The position numbers and the translations under genes are program-made. The notes beneath the pieces were generated by a model. The model worked only from the letters and a program-made list of their open reading frames with translations. It was not told the DNA's origin and did not search any database. Shown piece after piece: positions 1 through 13,192 of a DNA stretch of 64,000 nucleotides. Source of the DNA: Octopus sinensis (taxonomy: Eukaryota). The stretch is taken from assembly GCF_006345805.1 (NCBI RefSeq), contig NC_043019.1, positions 12,585,360 to 12,649,359 on the forward strand, written 5' to 3'. The stretch's first letter is position 1, and every line of letters begins with the position of its first letter.

Positions 1-149
1 GGGGTTGACTTTGGTACTTATTTGATTGACCCCAAAAGGATGAAAGGCAGTTATGCATTGGGGTCGATGTAATCGACTTAATCCCTTCCCCCAAATTTGA
101 GGCCTTGTGCTGCCAGTAGAAAGGATTATTATTATTATTATTGTTATTA

Positions 150-197
<48 letters not shown>

Positions 198-2219
198 GGG
201 TGGTGAGCTGCTGGTCGACTTTGCCTTTCATCCTTTCGGGGTCGATAAATTAAGTACCAGTTACGCACTGGGGTTGATGTAATCGACTTAATACCTATGT
301 CTGTCCTTGTTTGTCCCCTCTGTGTTTAGCCCCTTGTGGGTAATAAAGAAATAGAAATAGGTATTTTGTCTGCCGCTATCTTCTGAGTTCAAACTCCACT
401 GGGGTTGACTTTGGTACTTATTTGATTGACCCCAAAAGGATGAAAGGCAGTTATGCATTGGGGTCGATGTAATCGACTTAATCCCTTCCCCCAAATTTGA
501 GGCCTTGTGCTGCCAGTAGAAAGGATTATTATTATTATTATTATTATTATCATTATTATTATTATAATTGTTATTGTTATTACCTCCACCTTAGCGAAGT
601 TGTGTTTGTTTGTTGGTTTGTCTGTGGACAAGATATCTCAAGAACTGCTGGATGGATTCAGATGAAACTTTCAGGGATGTTTGGATAAAAGGCAAAGTCA
701 ACTTCAGAAGGATTTGAACTCAGAGCGTAGAGAGCTGGAGGAAATGTCGCTAAACATTTTGTCTGATGTGCTAACAATTCTACCAGTTCGGGGCCTTTAT
801 GGTTTCCAATTTTGGCACGAGGCCAGTAATTTTAGCATGATGGAGTAAGTCACTTACATCAACTCCAGTGTTCAATGGGTACTTGTTTTATTGACCCTGA
901 GAGGATGAAAGGCAAAGACAACCTCGGAACATAAAGTTGGAAGAAATTCTACAAAGCATTTTGTTCGATGCACTAACAATCCCACCAGTTTGCCATCTTA
1001 ATGGTTTCAAATTTTGGTACAAAGCCAGTAATTTTAGCAGGGTGGGGTAAGCCGATTACACATCCACCCCCAGTACTCAACATGTATTTTATTTTATTGC
1101 CCCCAAAAGGATGAAAAGGCAAAGCCAACCTCAGCAGGATTTGAACTCGGAATATAAGGAGCTGAAAATAGTGCCACTAAGCATTTTGTCTGATGCACTG
1201 ACAATGCCAGCTTACCATACCACCTTAATGCCAGCTCAACGACCCATGGTTAATAATCTCCTTCTTGTAGTGGGTAACCAGGAATGGCTATTTTCTGCTG
1301 TGGGAGCAGATCTCTCTCCTTCTCTCTCTCTGGCTAATTCCAGACAATTGTATGGGGGTGTGTAGAGTGGGGATCGGCTCAACGACCCATGATTAATAAT
1401 CTCCTTCTTGTAGTGGGTAACCAGGAATGGCTATTTTCTGCTGTGGGGGAGCAGATCGCTCTCCTTCTCTCTTTCTCTCTCTGGCTAATTCCAGACAGTT
1501 GTATTGGGGTGTGGAGAGTGGGGATAATTATTTATCTAAGAGATCAACTAAATATAACTAACACCAGACCAATCATCCTCAACTAGTGATAGCCAAACCA
1601 AGCCAAGCCAAGCCAAGCCAGGCCAAACTGAGCCAGTCAGCCAGCCAACAAACCAACCAACCAGCCATAAACATCCACCCAAAAACTACCAAGGGTAACT
1701 AAAGGTGTGTGGTGGTGTGTGGAGAGAGTGGAATAGATAGACATTACCCTAAAGAGTCTGTTGTCTCTCAGCTTATCTCTAGCTAACTTACACACACACA
1801 AAAACAACAACAGTATCTGTCATGTAAGCTTAACCTAGATTTCTGGGTTACTGTTTTGGTTTTATTTTTGTGTTGTTGTTTTTTTTTATATATCTTTTAG
1901 GTAGTTTTTCCTCTTGTTTTTCCTGTTTGTTTTTTTTTTTTTTCTGCATCAAGCAATTAAAATTTGGTTTGGATGGCTGTGAGAGAGGGAGGGAGAGAGA
2001 GAAGAGAGAGGGGTAGAAAGGGCATTTGTGGAATATGGAATAGAATAGAATGGGCAGACAGACAGACTGACTGGCAGGTGGAGAACTGGCCAACCAGCTG
2101 ATAGATGAGGAAGGAGTCAGAGAAGAGGCAATTTTCCAAATGCATTAATAACAGCATTTTTCTTTTTTTTTTGCTTGAGCTGTTCTTTATTCTGCACAAT
2201 CTGTAGTGATAGTAGTAGC

Positions 2220-2251
<32 letters not shown>

Positions 2252-3531
2252 CAGTAGTAGTTGTTGTTGAGGCAGCAAGCTGGCAGAATTGTTAGCATGC
2301 TAGACGAAATGCTTAGCGTTGTTCCGTCCGGCATTACGTTCTGAGTTCAAATTCCGCTAAGGTTGACTTTGCCTTTCATCCTTTTGGAGTCAATAAATTA
2401 AATACCAGTGAAACACTGGGGTCGATGTACTCGACCTATAACCTCACCAAAATTTCAGGCATTTCTTTCTCCCACTTTCCTTCACTACCTTATCCTACTG
2501 GAGTATCCATGTAGTTCCACCCTAGTAAGACAGCTACCCTTGATTCACTATCATACCCCAATCTCTCACTTGGTACATGGCCACATCTCCAAGTTGCTCT
2601 CCCTCCTCAACCTATAACCTCACCAAAATTTCAGGTATTTCTTTCTCCCGCTTCATCAGAATATCACGGGTCACATCCATCTTTCAACTGGAGCATCCAT
2701 GTAGTTCCTCTCTAGTAAGACAGCTGCCCCTGACTCCCTATCATACCCCAATCTCTCACCTGGTACATGGCCACATCTCCCAGTTCCTCTCCCTCTGTCA
2801 GTTGAGACATCCTTGCCTTGCAGGCCACTCGGCAGGTACTGGTACCATATAAAAAGCATCCATGCTGGGGCCACATACAATGCATCCATATTGGCATCAC
2901 ATACAAAGCACTTGCCTAAGAGACTTATGTAAGTCTCTGCTGAGTTAAAATCCTCTTTGGGTGTGTGAGTTTGAGTGGGGTGATAATTGGGTATTTAGTA
3001 TTTCATTGATTGAATTTGTGGTTATGATATTGTTTAGAATTTATTCAAGCCTGTAGGTGTCTCTCTTTCATCAGGTAGGCACAAGGTGTGACAGTATTGT
3101 TGTTGCTTTTGGTATTATTGGAGTTAATCTTTTGCTTTGACAGTGTAAAGGTCAAAGGTAGGAAGCCCTGTATTTAAGCCCTTAGTAATTTGGTGTGTCA
3201 GCTTTATTTCATAAAAGAATGTAGGTAGGAGGTAAGTTTAGGTTGATCATTTATGTGCTTATTTTCATTTGTAAGGTTGGGGTTATTACTTAGACATGTC
3301 ATGGCTTTGTTAGTAGTTTTGGAAATAATTTTTTTTTGTGCTTTGATGTTCACAAAAGTATTTGAGTAAAGGTTGTATGTTTATATGTTCCCCTCTTAAC
3401 TGTCCCAAAATTTGAAGTCAGTCAACAGCATTCTAGTATAAAAATAATGAATTTGAACTCTACTAAAGCATGGAGCAACTCATCAGATTAATGTAAAATT
3501 GTTTTTATTATAACTGAACATAAAAACAAGC

Positions 3532-3599
<68 letters not shown>

Positions 3600-3774
3600 T
3601 TACAGTTCCATTATAGGAAAGATCAACAAACAAAATACTCCAAAAAGTGATGGGTAAACATCATTTAATATACATAATTACAAAAGGTACATGGTATGTT
3701 ATATAAATCTGCCAATTTAATGTATTTTAAAGCATGAAACTATTAGTTGCTCTTTTATAATTATGTATATTAAA

Positions 3775-3840
<66 letters not shown>

Positions 3841-4071
3841 AATAACATAAATATATGCATATATACATACATACATATATATACATGCATATATGGGTAT
3901 AGGACATCAAAGAAACATTTAACGCAATGAGAAATGGAAACAAAAACTCAGAAAAACGAACTTTTTTTCGAACAACGAAAAAAAACAAACAGAAACGAAA
4001 CATACAACATAAAGAATATTCCTCTTCTTCAGTTGTCCCTGTTTCAACTACTCCACGTTTCGAAGGCAAGG

Positions 4072-4110
<39 letters not shown>

Positions 4111-4111
4111 C

Positions 4112-4418
4112 GTGGAGGCGCAATGGCCCATTACAGTGGACTCGTGGTCGTAGGATCGCGGTTTCAATTCCCAGACCGGGTGTTGTGAGTGTTTATTGAG
4201 CGAAAACACCTAATATTCCACGAGACTCCGGCAGGGGATGGTGGCGACCCCTGCTGTACTCTTTCGCCACAACTTTCTCTCACTCTTTCTTCTGTTGGCC
4301 TGCTCGCTTAGCCAGCAGGGTGGCATCATCTGAAGGCTAAAAACAATGCGAAGCGCATTGTGACCAGCGATGTATAGCAACATCTGATAGCCTGGTCGGT
4401 CACGGTGATCACGGTGAT
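4112..4418 (+). mobile_element. tRNA-type SINE family C (~300 bp)
   Basis: GTGGAGGCGCAATGGCCC..GGTTTCAATTCCCAGACC head. A near-identical copy lies at 62098-62380, with partial copies at 45625-45740(-) and ~57200-57300. Confidence 0.8.
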
Positions 4419-4879
4419 ATATATTACATGGCAGGCTTCCATACATTTTCTGCCTAATTAATTCACTCAGAAACCTTTGGTTGACCTGGGGCTATAGTAG
4501 AAGGCACTTGCCCATGGTGCTGCACTGTGTGACTGAACCTGAAATCATGAGGTTACAAAGTAAGCTTTATAATCACACAGCCATTACAAACATCCATCTT
4601 GCTACAGTTTGTTATTAATGGTTTTCTATATGGCCACCTCAGAGGAAGCTGGTGGAGGTACTAATCACAAAGGTTATATTGTTGCAAGATGTTTGAAAAT
4701 GTCTGTAAACACAAAAAGCAATTATCAATAAATTAATAAAAGATAAACAGCTGAACAAAACAAAAAAAACTATGATAATTAATCAGACACAATTATTAAC
4801 AGTGGACAGTCATAATTTGACAGGTGACAAGACAAATAACTGTGATAATGATTGAGGTGACAGGTACAGATTGTATAGG

Positions 4880-7800
4880 ACAGCCAGAAATAGTTGAGTG
4901 CTGGCTTGGTAAAAACAAGCACCACAAGTCTGTATACACAGCTGTGCTAAAAACCACTAGGGGTCTTCATGGTCCACAGACCTTATGGGCAAGTACATGG
5001 AAGAAGATTATGTGGATTGCTGGCTTGGTAAAAACAAACACCACAAGTCTGTATACACAGCTGTGCTAAAAACCACTAGCCCTGTCAGGATATAGGGGTC
5101 TTCATGGTCCACCTAAAGACCCTTACAGGCAAATCCCTGGAAGAAGAGAGAAACAAAGATTATCTAGAATAAGCACAAATGGTGGATTGCTGGTTTGGTA
5201 AAAACAAACACCACAAGTCTGTATATGCAGCTGTGTTAAAAACCTCTAACCCTGTTAGGATATAGGGGTCTTCATGGTCCACCTAAAGACCCTTACAGGC
5301 AAATCCCTGGAAGAAGAGAGAAGCAAAGATTATGTGGATTGCTGGTTTGGTTAAAAACAAACACCATAAGTCTGTATACGCAGCTGTGTTAAAAACCACT
5401 AACCCTGTCAGGATATAGGGGTCTTCATGGTCCACCTAAAGACCCTTACAGGCAAATCCCTGGAAGAAGAGAGAAGCAAAGATTATGTGGATTGCTGGTT
5501 TGGTTAAAAACAAACACCATAGTCTGTATACGCAGCTGTGTTAAAAACCTCTAACCCTGTCAGGATATAGGGGTCTTCATGGTCCACCTAAAGACCCTTA
5601 CAGGCAAATCCCTGGAAGAAGAGAGAAGCAAAGATTATGTGGATTGCTGGTTTGGTTAAAAAAAAAACCATAAGTCTGTATACGCAGCTGTGTTAAAAAC
5701 CACTAACCCTGTCAGGATATAGGGGTCTTCATGGTCCACCTAAAGACCCTTAGAGGCAAATCCCTGGAAGAAGAGAGAAGCAAAGATTATGTGGATTGCT
5801 GGTTTGGTTAAAAAAAAAACCATAAGTCTGTATACGCAGCTGTGTTAAAAACCACTAACCCTGTCAGGATATAGGGGTCTTCATGGTCCACCTAAAGACC
5901 CTTAGAGGCAAATCCCTGGAAGAAGAGAGAAGCAAAGATTATGTGGATTGCTGGTTTGGTTAAAAACAAACACCATAAGTCTGTATACGCAGCTGTGTTA
6001 AAAACCTCTAACCCTGTCAGGATATAGGGGTCTTCATGGTCCACCTAAAGACCCTTACAGGCAAATCCCTGGAAGAAGAGAGAAGCAAAGATTATGTGGA
6101 TTGCTGGTTTGGTTAAAAACAAACACCATAAGTCTGTATACGCAGCTGTGTTAAAAACCACTAACCCTGTCAGGATATAGGGGTCTTCATGGTCCACCTA
6201 AAGACCCTTACAGGCAAATCCCTGGAATAAGAGAGAAGCAAAGATTATGTGGATTGCTGGTTTGGTTAAAAACAAACACCATAAGTCTGTATACGCAGCT
6301 GTGCTAAAAACCACTAGCCCTGTCAGGATATAGGGGTCTTCATGGTCCACCTAAAGACCCTTACAGGCAAATCCCTGGAAGAAGAGAGAAGCAAAGATTA
6401 TGTGGATTGCTGGTTTGGTTAAAAACAAACACCATAAGTCTGTATACGCAGCTGTGCTAAAAACCACTAGCCCTGTCAGGATATAGGGGTCTTCATGGTC
6501 CACCTAAAGACCCTTACAGGCTAATCCCTGGAAGAAGAGAGAAGCAAAGATTATGTGGATTGCTGGTTTGGTTAAAAACAAACACCATAAGTCTGTATAC
6601 GCAGCTGTGCTAAAAACCACTAGCCTGTCAGGATATAGGGGTCTTCATGGTCCACCTAAAGACCTTACAGGCTAATCCCTGGAAGAGAGAGAGAAGCAAA
6701 GATTATGTGGATTGCTGGTTGGTTAAAAAACAAAAACCATAAGTCTGTATACGCAGCTGTGTTAAAAACCACTAACCCTGTCAGGATATAGGGGTCTTCA
6801 TGGTCCACCTAAAGACCCTTACAGGCAAATCCCTGGAAGAAGAGAGAAGCAAAGATTATGTGGATTGCTGGTTTGGTTAAAAAACAAACACCATATGTCT
6901 GTATACGCAGCTGTGTTAAAAACCACTAACCCTGTCAGGATATAGGGGTCTCATGGTCCACCTAAAGACCCTTACAGGCAAATCCCTGGAAGAAGAGAGA
7001 AGCAAAGATTATGTGGATTGCTGGTTTGGTTAAAAAAACACATATAAGTCTGTATACGCAGCTGTGTTTAAAAACCACTAACCCTGTCAGGATATAGGGG
7101 TCTTCATGGTCCACCTAAAGACCCTTACAGGCAAATCCCTGAGAAGAAGAGAGAAGCAAAGATTATGTGGATTGCTGGTTTGGTTAAAAACAAACACCAT
7201 AAGTCTGTATACGCAGCTGTGTTAAAAACCTCTAACCCTGTCAGGATATAGGGGTCTTCATGGTCCACCTAAAGACCCTTACAGGCAAATCCCTGGAAGA
7301 AGAGAGAAGCAAAGATTATGTGGATTGCTGGTTGGGTTAAAAACAAACACCATAAGTCTGTATACGCAGCTGTGTTAAAAACCACTAACCCTGTCAGGAT
7401 ATAGGGGTCTTCATGGTCCACCTAAAGACCCTTACAGGCAAATCCCTGGAATAAGAGAGAAGCAAAGATTATGTGGATTGCTGGTTTGGTTAAAAACAAA
7501 CACCATAAGTCTGTATACGCAGCTGTGCTAAAAACCACTAGCCCTGTCAGGATATAGGGGTCTTCATGGTCCACCTAAAGACCCTTACAGGCAAATCCCT
7601 GGAAGAAGAGAGAAGCAAAGATTATGTGGATTGCTGGTTTGTTAAAAACAAACACCATAAGTCTTGTATACGCAGCTGTGCTAAAAACCACTAGCCCTGT
7701 CAGGATATAGGGGTCTTCATGGTCCACCTAAAGACCCTTACAGGCTAATCCCTGGAAGAAGAGAGAGAAGCAAAGATTATGTGGATTGCTGGTTGGTTAA

Positions 7801-9600
7801 AAAACAAACACCATAAGTCTGTATACGCAGCTGTGCTAAAAACCACTAGCCCTGTCAGGATATAGGGGTCTTCATGGTCCACCTAAAGACCCTTACAGGC
7901 TAATCCCTGGAAGAAGAGAGAAGCAAAGATTATGTGGATTGCTGGTTTGGTTAAAAAACAAAAACCATAAGTCTGTATACGCAGCTGTGTTAAAAACCTC
8001 TAACCCTGTCAGGATATAGGGGTCTTCATGGTCCACCTAAAGACCCTTAGAGGCAAATCCCTGGAAGAAGAGAGAGAAGCAAAGATTATGTGGATTGTGG
8101 TTTGGTTAAAAACAAACACCATAAGTCTGTATACGCACGCTGCTGTTAAAAACCTCTAACCCTGTCAGGATATAGGGGTCTTCATGGTCCACCTAAAGAC
8201 CCTTACAGGCAAATCCCTGGAAGAAGAGAGAAGCAAAGATTATGTGGATTGCTGGTTTGGTTAAAAACAAACACCATAAGTCTGTATACGCAGCTGTGCT
8301 AAAAACCACTAGCCCTGTCAGGATATAGGGGTCTTCATGGTCCACCTAAAGACCCTTACAGGCTAATCCCTGGAAGAAGAGAGAAGCAAAGATTATGTGG
8401 ATTGCTGGTTTGGTTAAAAACAAACACCATAAGTCTGTATACGCAGCTGTGCTAAAAACCACTAGCCCTGTCAGGATATAGGGGTCTTCATGGTCCACCT
8501 AAAGACCCTTACAGGCTAATCCCTGGAAGAAGAGAGAAGCAAAGATTATGTGGATTGCTGGTTTGGTTAAAAAACAAACACCATAAGTCTGTATACGCAG
8601 CTGTGTTAAAAAACACTAACCTGTCAGGATATAGGGGTCTTCATGGTCCACCTAAAGACCCTTACAGGCAAATCCCTGGAAGAAGAGAGAAGCAAAGATT
8701 ATGTGGATTGCTGGTTTGGTTAAAAAACAAACACCATATGTCTGTATACGCAGCTGTGTTAAAAACCACTAACCCTGTCAGGATATAGGGGTCTTCATGG
8801 TCCACCTAAAGACCCTTACAGGCAAATCCTGGAAGAAGAGAGAAGCAAAGATTATGTGGATTGCTGGTTTGGTTAAAAACAAACACCATAAGTCTGTATA
8901 CGCGCGTGTTAAAAACCACTAACCCTGTCAGGATATAGGGGTCTTCATGGTCCACCTAAAGACCCTTACAGGCAAATCCCTGGAAGAAGAGAGAGAAGCA
9001 AAGATTATGTGGATTGCTGGCTTGGTAAAAACAAACACCATAAGTCTGTATACGCAGCTGTGTTAAAAACCACTAACCCTGTCAGGATATAGGGGTTTTC
9101 ATGGTCCACCTAAAGACCCTTACAGGCAAATCCCTGGAAGAAGAGAGAAGCAAAGATTATCTAGAATAAGCACAAATGGTGGATTGCTGGTTTGGTAAAA
9201 ACAAGCACCATGAATCTATTACACAGCAGTATTAAGAACCACTACCTACCCCCGTGCCCAACAGGACATAGGGGACTTCGTCGTTCCCCTGAAAATACTC
9301 ACAGGAAAATTCCAGAAAAATTATCTGGAATAAACACAAATGGTGAATTGTTGGCTTGGTAAAAAAAACAAGCACCATCAGTCTATTACACATCAATATT
9401 AAGAACCACTGACCCTGACAGAATATAAGGGACAAATTCCTGGAAGAAGATTATCTGGAATAAGTAGAAATGGTAGATTGCTGGCTTGGCAAAATTCAAA
9501 CACCAGAAGCCTATATACCCAGGTATTAGGAACTGCTGGCCTGACAGGATGTGAGGGGCTTTGTGTGGTTCACCTGAAGATCCTCTTGGGCAAATTCTTG
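4880..9600. repeat. 153-bp satellite array (~27 near-identical units, ~5040-9200) with diverged flanking copies
   Basis: Unit ...AGTCTGTATACGCAGCTGTGTTAAAAACCACTAACCCTGTCAGGATATAGGGG... recurs at a 152-153 bp period (e.g. 5675, 5827, 5980, 6133); stops in all plus frames. Confidence 0.97.
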
Positions 9601-9769
9601 GAACTTCATTTTGCAGAAGGTGATGAGAGGAAAGGTGATCAAAACTATGGGATATCCTCATTATACCAAGGTGTGGAAGCTCCACACTCTTTGTGGATGG
9701 ATCACCCTTATTTATGTTGTGTAATTAAATGTTTTTCATCTTTTGAATTATGTGTTTTACTCCCCATTA

Positions 9770-10160
9770 TCTCTCTCTATATAAAGCTGAAGTTGTCTGT
9801 GTGTGGCAGGTTTGGTAGCCGTCAACTAACACTATCTCCTCCAAGACCCTACAGCGCAAGTTGACCAAAATTGAGAGTATGATAGAAGAAGGCTTGCTCT
9901 TCATTCTGTAGAAGGAAAAATTCAAATTGGACCATGTTAACACCAAAAATTATTTACATCAAAAAAGTGCTTTTTTTCTATGAAAATCCCTATTTTTACG
10001 ATCTTTTTACTGCTGTGTCGCCATTTTTCAGTGTATTTCAACCAGAAAAATGTTCACTTAAAGAGAATAACAAGCTACATAATGCAAAAGTTTTACTTTT
10101 CAAAAATTCCAATTCTAAAGAGTCAAAACAAACCCGAGCAACACCGGGTGATACTGCTAG
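9770..10160 (+). mobile_element. Non-autonomous Helitron-like element
   Basis: 5' A^TC start (TCTCTCTCTATATAAAGCTGAAGTTGTCTGTGTG), 3' hairpin ACCCG-agcaacac-CGGGT (10132-10149) followed by CTAG^T; no target-site duplication. Confidence 0.7.
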
Positions 10161-13094
10161 TTTTATATATATTTTCATCACCTCTTCCTCACTGCCACTG
10201 TAGCAGCCTCCAGGGAACAGAAGACATGTTTTCCTTTTTTACTTTTCCACTTATTTCATGGACATAAAATTATTACAAGTGACAAGTATTCGTGTGTTAC
10301 CGATTTAGACTGACACTCACTGAGAAAAAAGACAGGAAAAAATAGTAATATATTCCTACCATAAAGATGCACACACATGTACACACACACACACACACTC
10401 TCTCTCTCTCTCATGCTTTTCCCTTATGCATTAGAAGTGTTTTTGTTTTGGTTTTTTTCCTTCTATTTCAGTTCTACAATGATGACGTTGTTTCTTGTCA
10501 ACTTCAAGAAGGACGATGTCTTGTTTATCTCTCTTGCTCAGTGCAGTTAGTACAAGGCCTGTTTGTGTATTGTTTGCCTTCTGATGCATCTCATATGCAT
10601 ACAAGCATTCATGCATACACACACACAAGACACCCTTTCACTTTTCCTCTCTCTTTCTCTCTCTCACACGCACATTCACACATTATGTCAAGTTGCTCTT
10701 GAGTGCTACTGGTAACATATAATGCAGCACAGCCTGTCACATGCTTCGGTCATCAGTAATGAATGCACACCTAAAATTTTTAATAGCAGATGAAAAACCT
10801 AAAAAGAGAAAGGCAAAAATAAAAATTATAACTCAATGAATAGGATTATTAGTTTAAGCAATTCACTATGTGATAAGCAAAAACTGCACACTTATATACA
10901 ACATTGTCCAAAACCCCAACAACAATTACAACAACAGTAATTGGTCCTTTGCTAGTGTCACTAGCCAAAAAGAAATCTTGAATAGAATACAGGTCAATTC
11001 CAGACAAAGGAAAAAGCATTGAAAGACATGCGTAACAAAAGAGATTGCCTCCTTGCCTGAGAAAATTATCTTGGAAAGGACCAGGAGGAATTTGTCCTGC
11101 TTCTGCCTTTTCAAAAGGCAAAATAGGCTTTTTGAAGAAGAAGCTTGAAAAATTTGTGACTGATGGATACATGCTCCATTGAACAGAATAGAGCATATGG
11201 CAGTATGTGCTTGGGTTTTTAGAGCAAAGATGAGGCATGGAGATAGATATAGATAGTATGCAAAACAACCGCATTTAAATTGTGGATGCAGTGATGCAGT
11301 ACATAGAGGAGATAAATATGAGGGTTATATAAAGTGCTTTACAGCATTTCTTATGACTCTCTGCATTTCGAGTTCAAATTCCTCTGAGGTTGGCTTTGCC
11401 TTTCATTCTTTCAGAGTTGATAAAGCAAGAACCAGTTGAATACTGGAGTTGATGTATCTACTGTTTACTAATCCTCTTCCCTAAAATTGCTGGCCTTGTG
11501 CAAATGTTTGAAACCACTGAAGGCAGTAAACTGGCAGAATTGTTAGCACGTATGACAAAATGCTAAGCAGCATTTCCTTCTAGCGCTTTGTTTTGAGTTC
11601 AAATCCTACTGAAGTCGACTTTGCCTTTCTTCTTTTTGGAGTCAATGAAATATATACAAGTTTAACGCTGGGGTTGATATAACTGACTATCTCCTGCCAC
11701 TGAAATTCCTGGCCTTGTGCTAAAATCCGAAACCATTATATTATAACACACAAGGTGGTGAGCTGGCATTGCTTAGCAGTATTTCGCCTGTCTTTACGTT
11801 CCGAGTTCAAATTCTGCTAAGGTCGACTTTGCCTTTCATCCTTTTGGGGTCAATAAATTAAGCACCAGTGAAACACTGGGGCCGATGTAATCGACTCGTC
11901 CCCTCCCCACAAATTTCAGGTCTTGTGCTTTTAGTAGAAAGGATTATATTACAACACACAATTGCTGAGCAAATTATCATGTTTTTTTTTTTGCTTTTTG
12001 TATATGACTAAATGATTTGTTTAAACATGTAGTGTTTTTTTGTAAATTTAAAAAAAATAATCACTCCACCAGCATGGCTTTCTGGTTAGGAAGCTCACTT
12101 TGCAATGATTTGGTTTCATGTTCAATCCCACTGCATGGCACCTTGGACAAATATCTTTTACTGTAGCTCCAAGTTGACCAATATCTTCTGAGTGAATTTG
12201 GTAAATGGAAAGTGCGTTTTTGTGTTTGTTCTCCATCACCACTTGACAACTGGTGTTTGTTTGTTTATGTCCCCATAACACAGTGGTCTCAGCGTAAGAG
12301 ACTGTTAGAACAAGTACCTGACTTTAAAAATAAGTCCTGGGGTCAATTTGTTTGGCTAAACCCTTCAAGGCAGTGGCTCAGCATGGCTGCAGTTCAGTGA
12401 CTGAGACAAGTAAAAAGATAAAAGGCTTTTTTAAAGAAATCATCTCCCTGCCAAAGGATTAAAGGAGCAATGATGGGGAGTTGATCAGATTGGTGGTGTG
12501 CAGTAGAGGGTCCCATTAAAGTATATTGTTTATAATGTTTGACCAACTGACCTTAGCTGACCAATGCACCATAGACATATGAGCTTGAACAAGACCCCAC
12601 TTCGGGTGGGTGGGACACAACAGCAACATATGGCTTCTTTTTTTTTTTTACTTGTTTCAAGTCATTAGACTCTGGCCATGCTGGGGCATCATGCTGAAGA
12701 ATTTTAGTCAAATAAATTGAACCCAGTACTTGTATTATTTTTTAAAAGTTTGGTACTTATTCTTTCAGTCTCATTTGTTGAACTGCTAAGTGATAGGGAT
12801 GTAAACACCAACACCAGTTGTCAAGTGGTGGTTTGTGAACACACACACACACAAAAAACAGGCTTCTTTCAGTTTCTGTCTACAAAATCCACTTGTTAGT
12901 CTTTAGTCAATTTGAAATTACAGTAGTAGACACTTGTCCAAGGTGCTATGCAGTGGAACTGAACCTGGAACTGTGTGGTTGGGAAGCAAGCTTCTTACCA
13001 CACAGCCACGCCTATTCAAATTTAACTCCTGATTTTTCTCTTTTTATTATTTTTTTCTTTCATTTCTTTTTTTTTTCTTTTTTCAATTATTCAG

Positions 13095-13192
13095 ATATCA
13101 AAGGACCAAAAGGATGGAAGCATTCGCTGTTTGGTAACATGGACCAGGAGAATGTCACTCAGCGGAGGAAATTTCTTGACAACTACTTGAAG
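13095..13192 (+). CDS. SNX19: SNX19-like exon (PX domain: IKGPKGWKHSLFGNMDQENVTQRRKFLDNYLK)
   Basis: Acceptor ttattcag, donor AAG|gtatga; phase 1 to 0. Confidence 0.9.

Noticed and set aside
4000-4075. Possible type II hammerhead on minus (GAAAC..GTA..CTGAAGA)
   Set aside because: Stem I and stem II do not pair at the core-adjacent positions; at best a truncated 3' half of a PLE-type motif.
5040-9200. 153-bp array as a CRISPR array, a retrozyme array or a 51-codon repeat protein
   Set aside because: There are no unique spacers and no CTGANGA/GAAA boxes on either strand. All three plus frames contain stops, and the longer ORF at 8555-8788 arises from an indel.
10470-10560. Plus-strand segment as the missing SNX19 PX N-terminal exon
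   Set aside because: No frame has an RRxREF-like PX motif and there is no GT donor.
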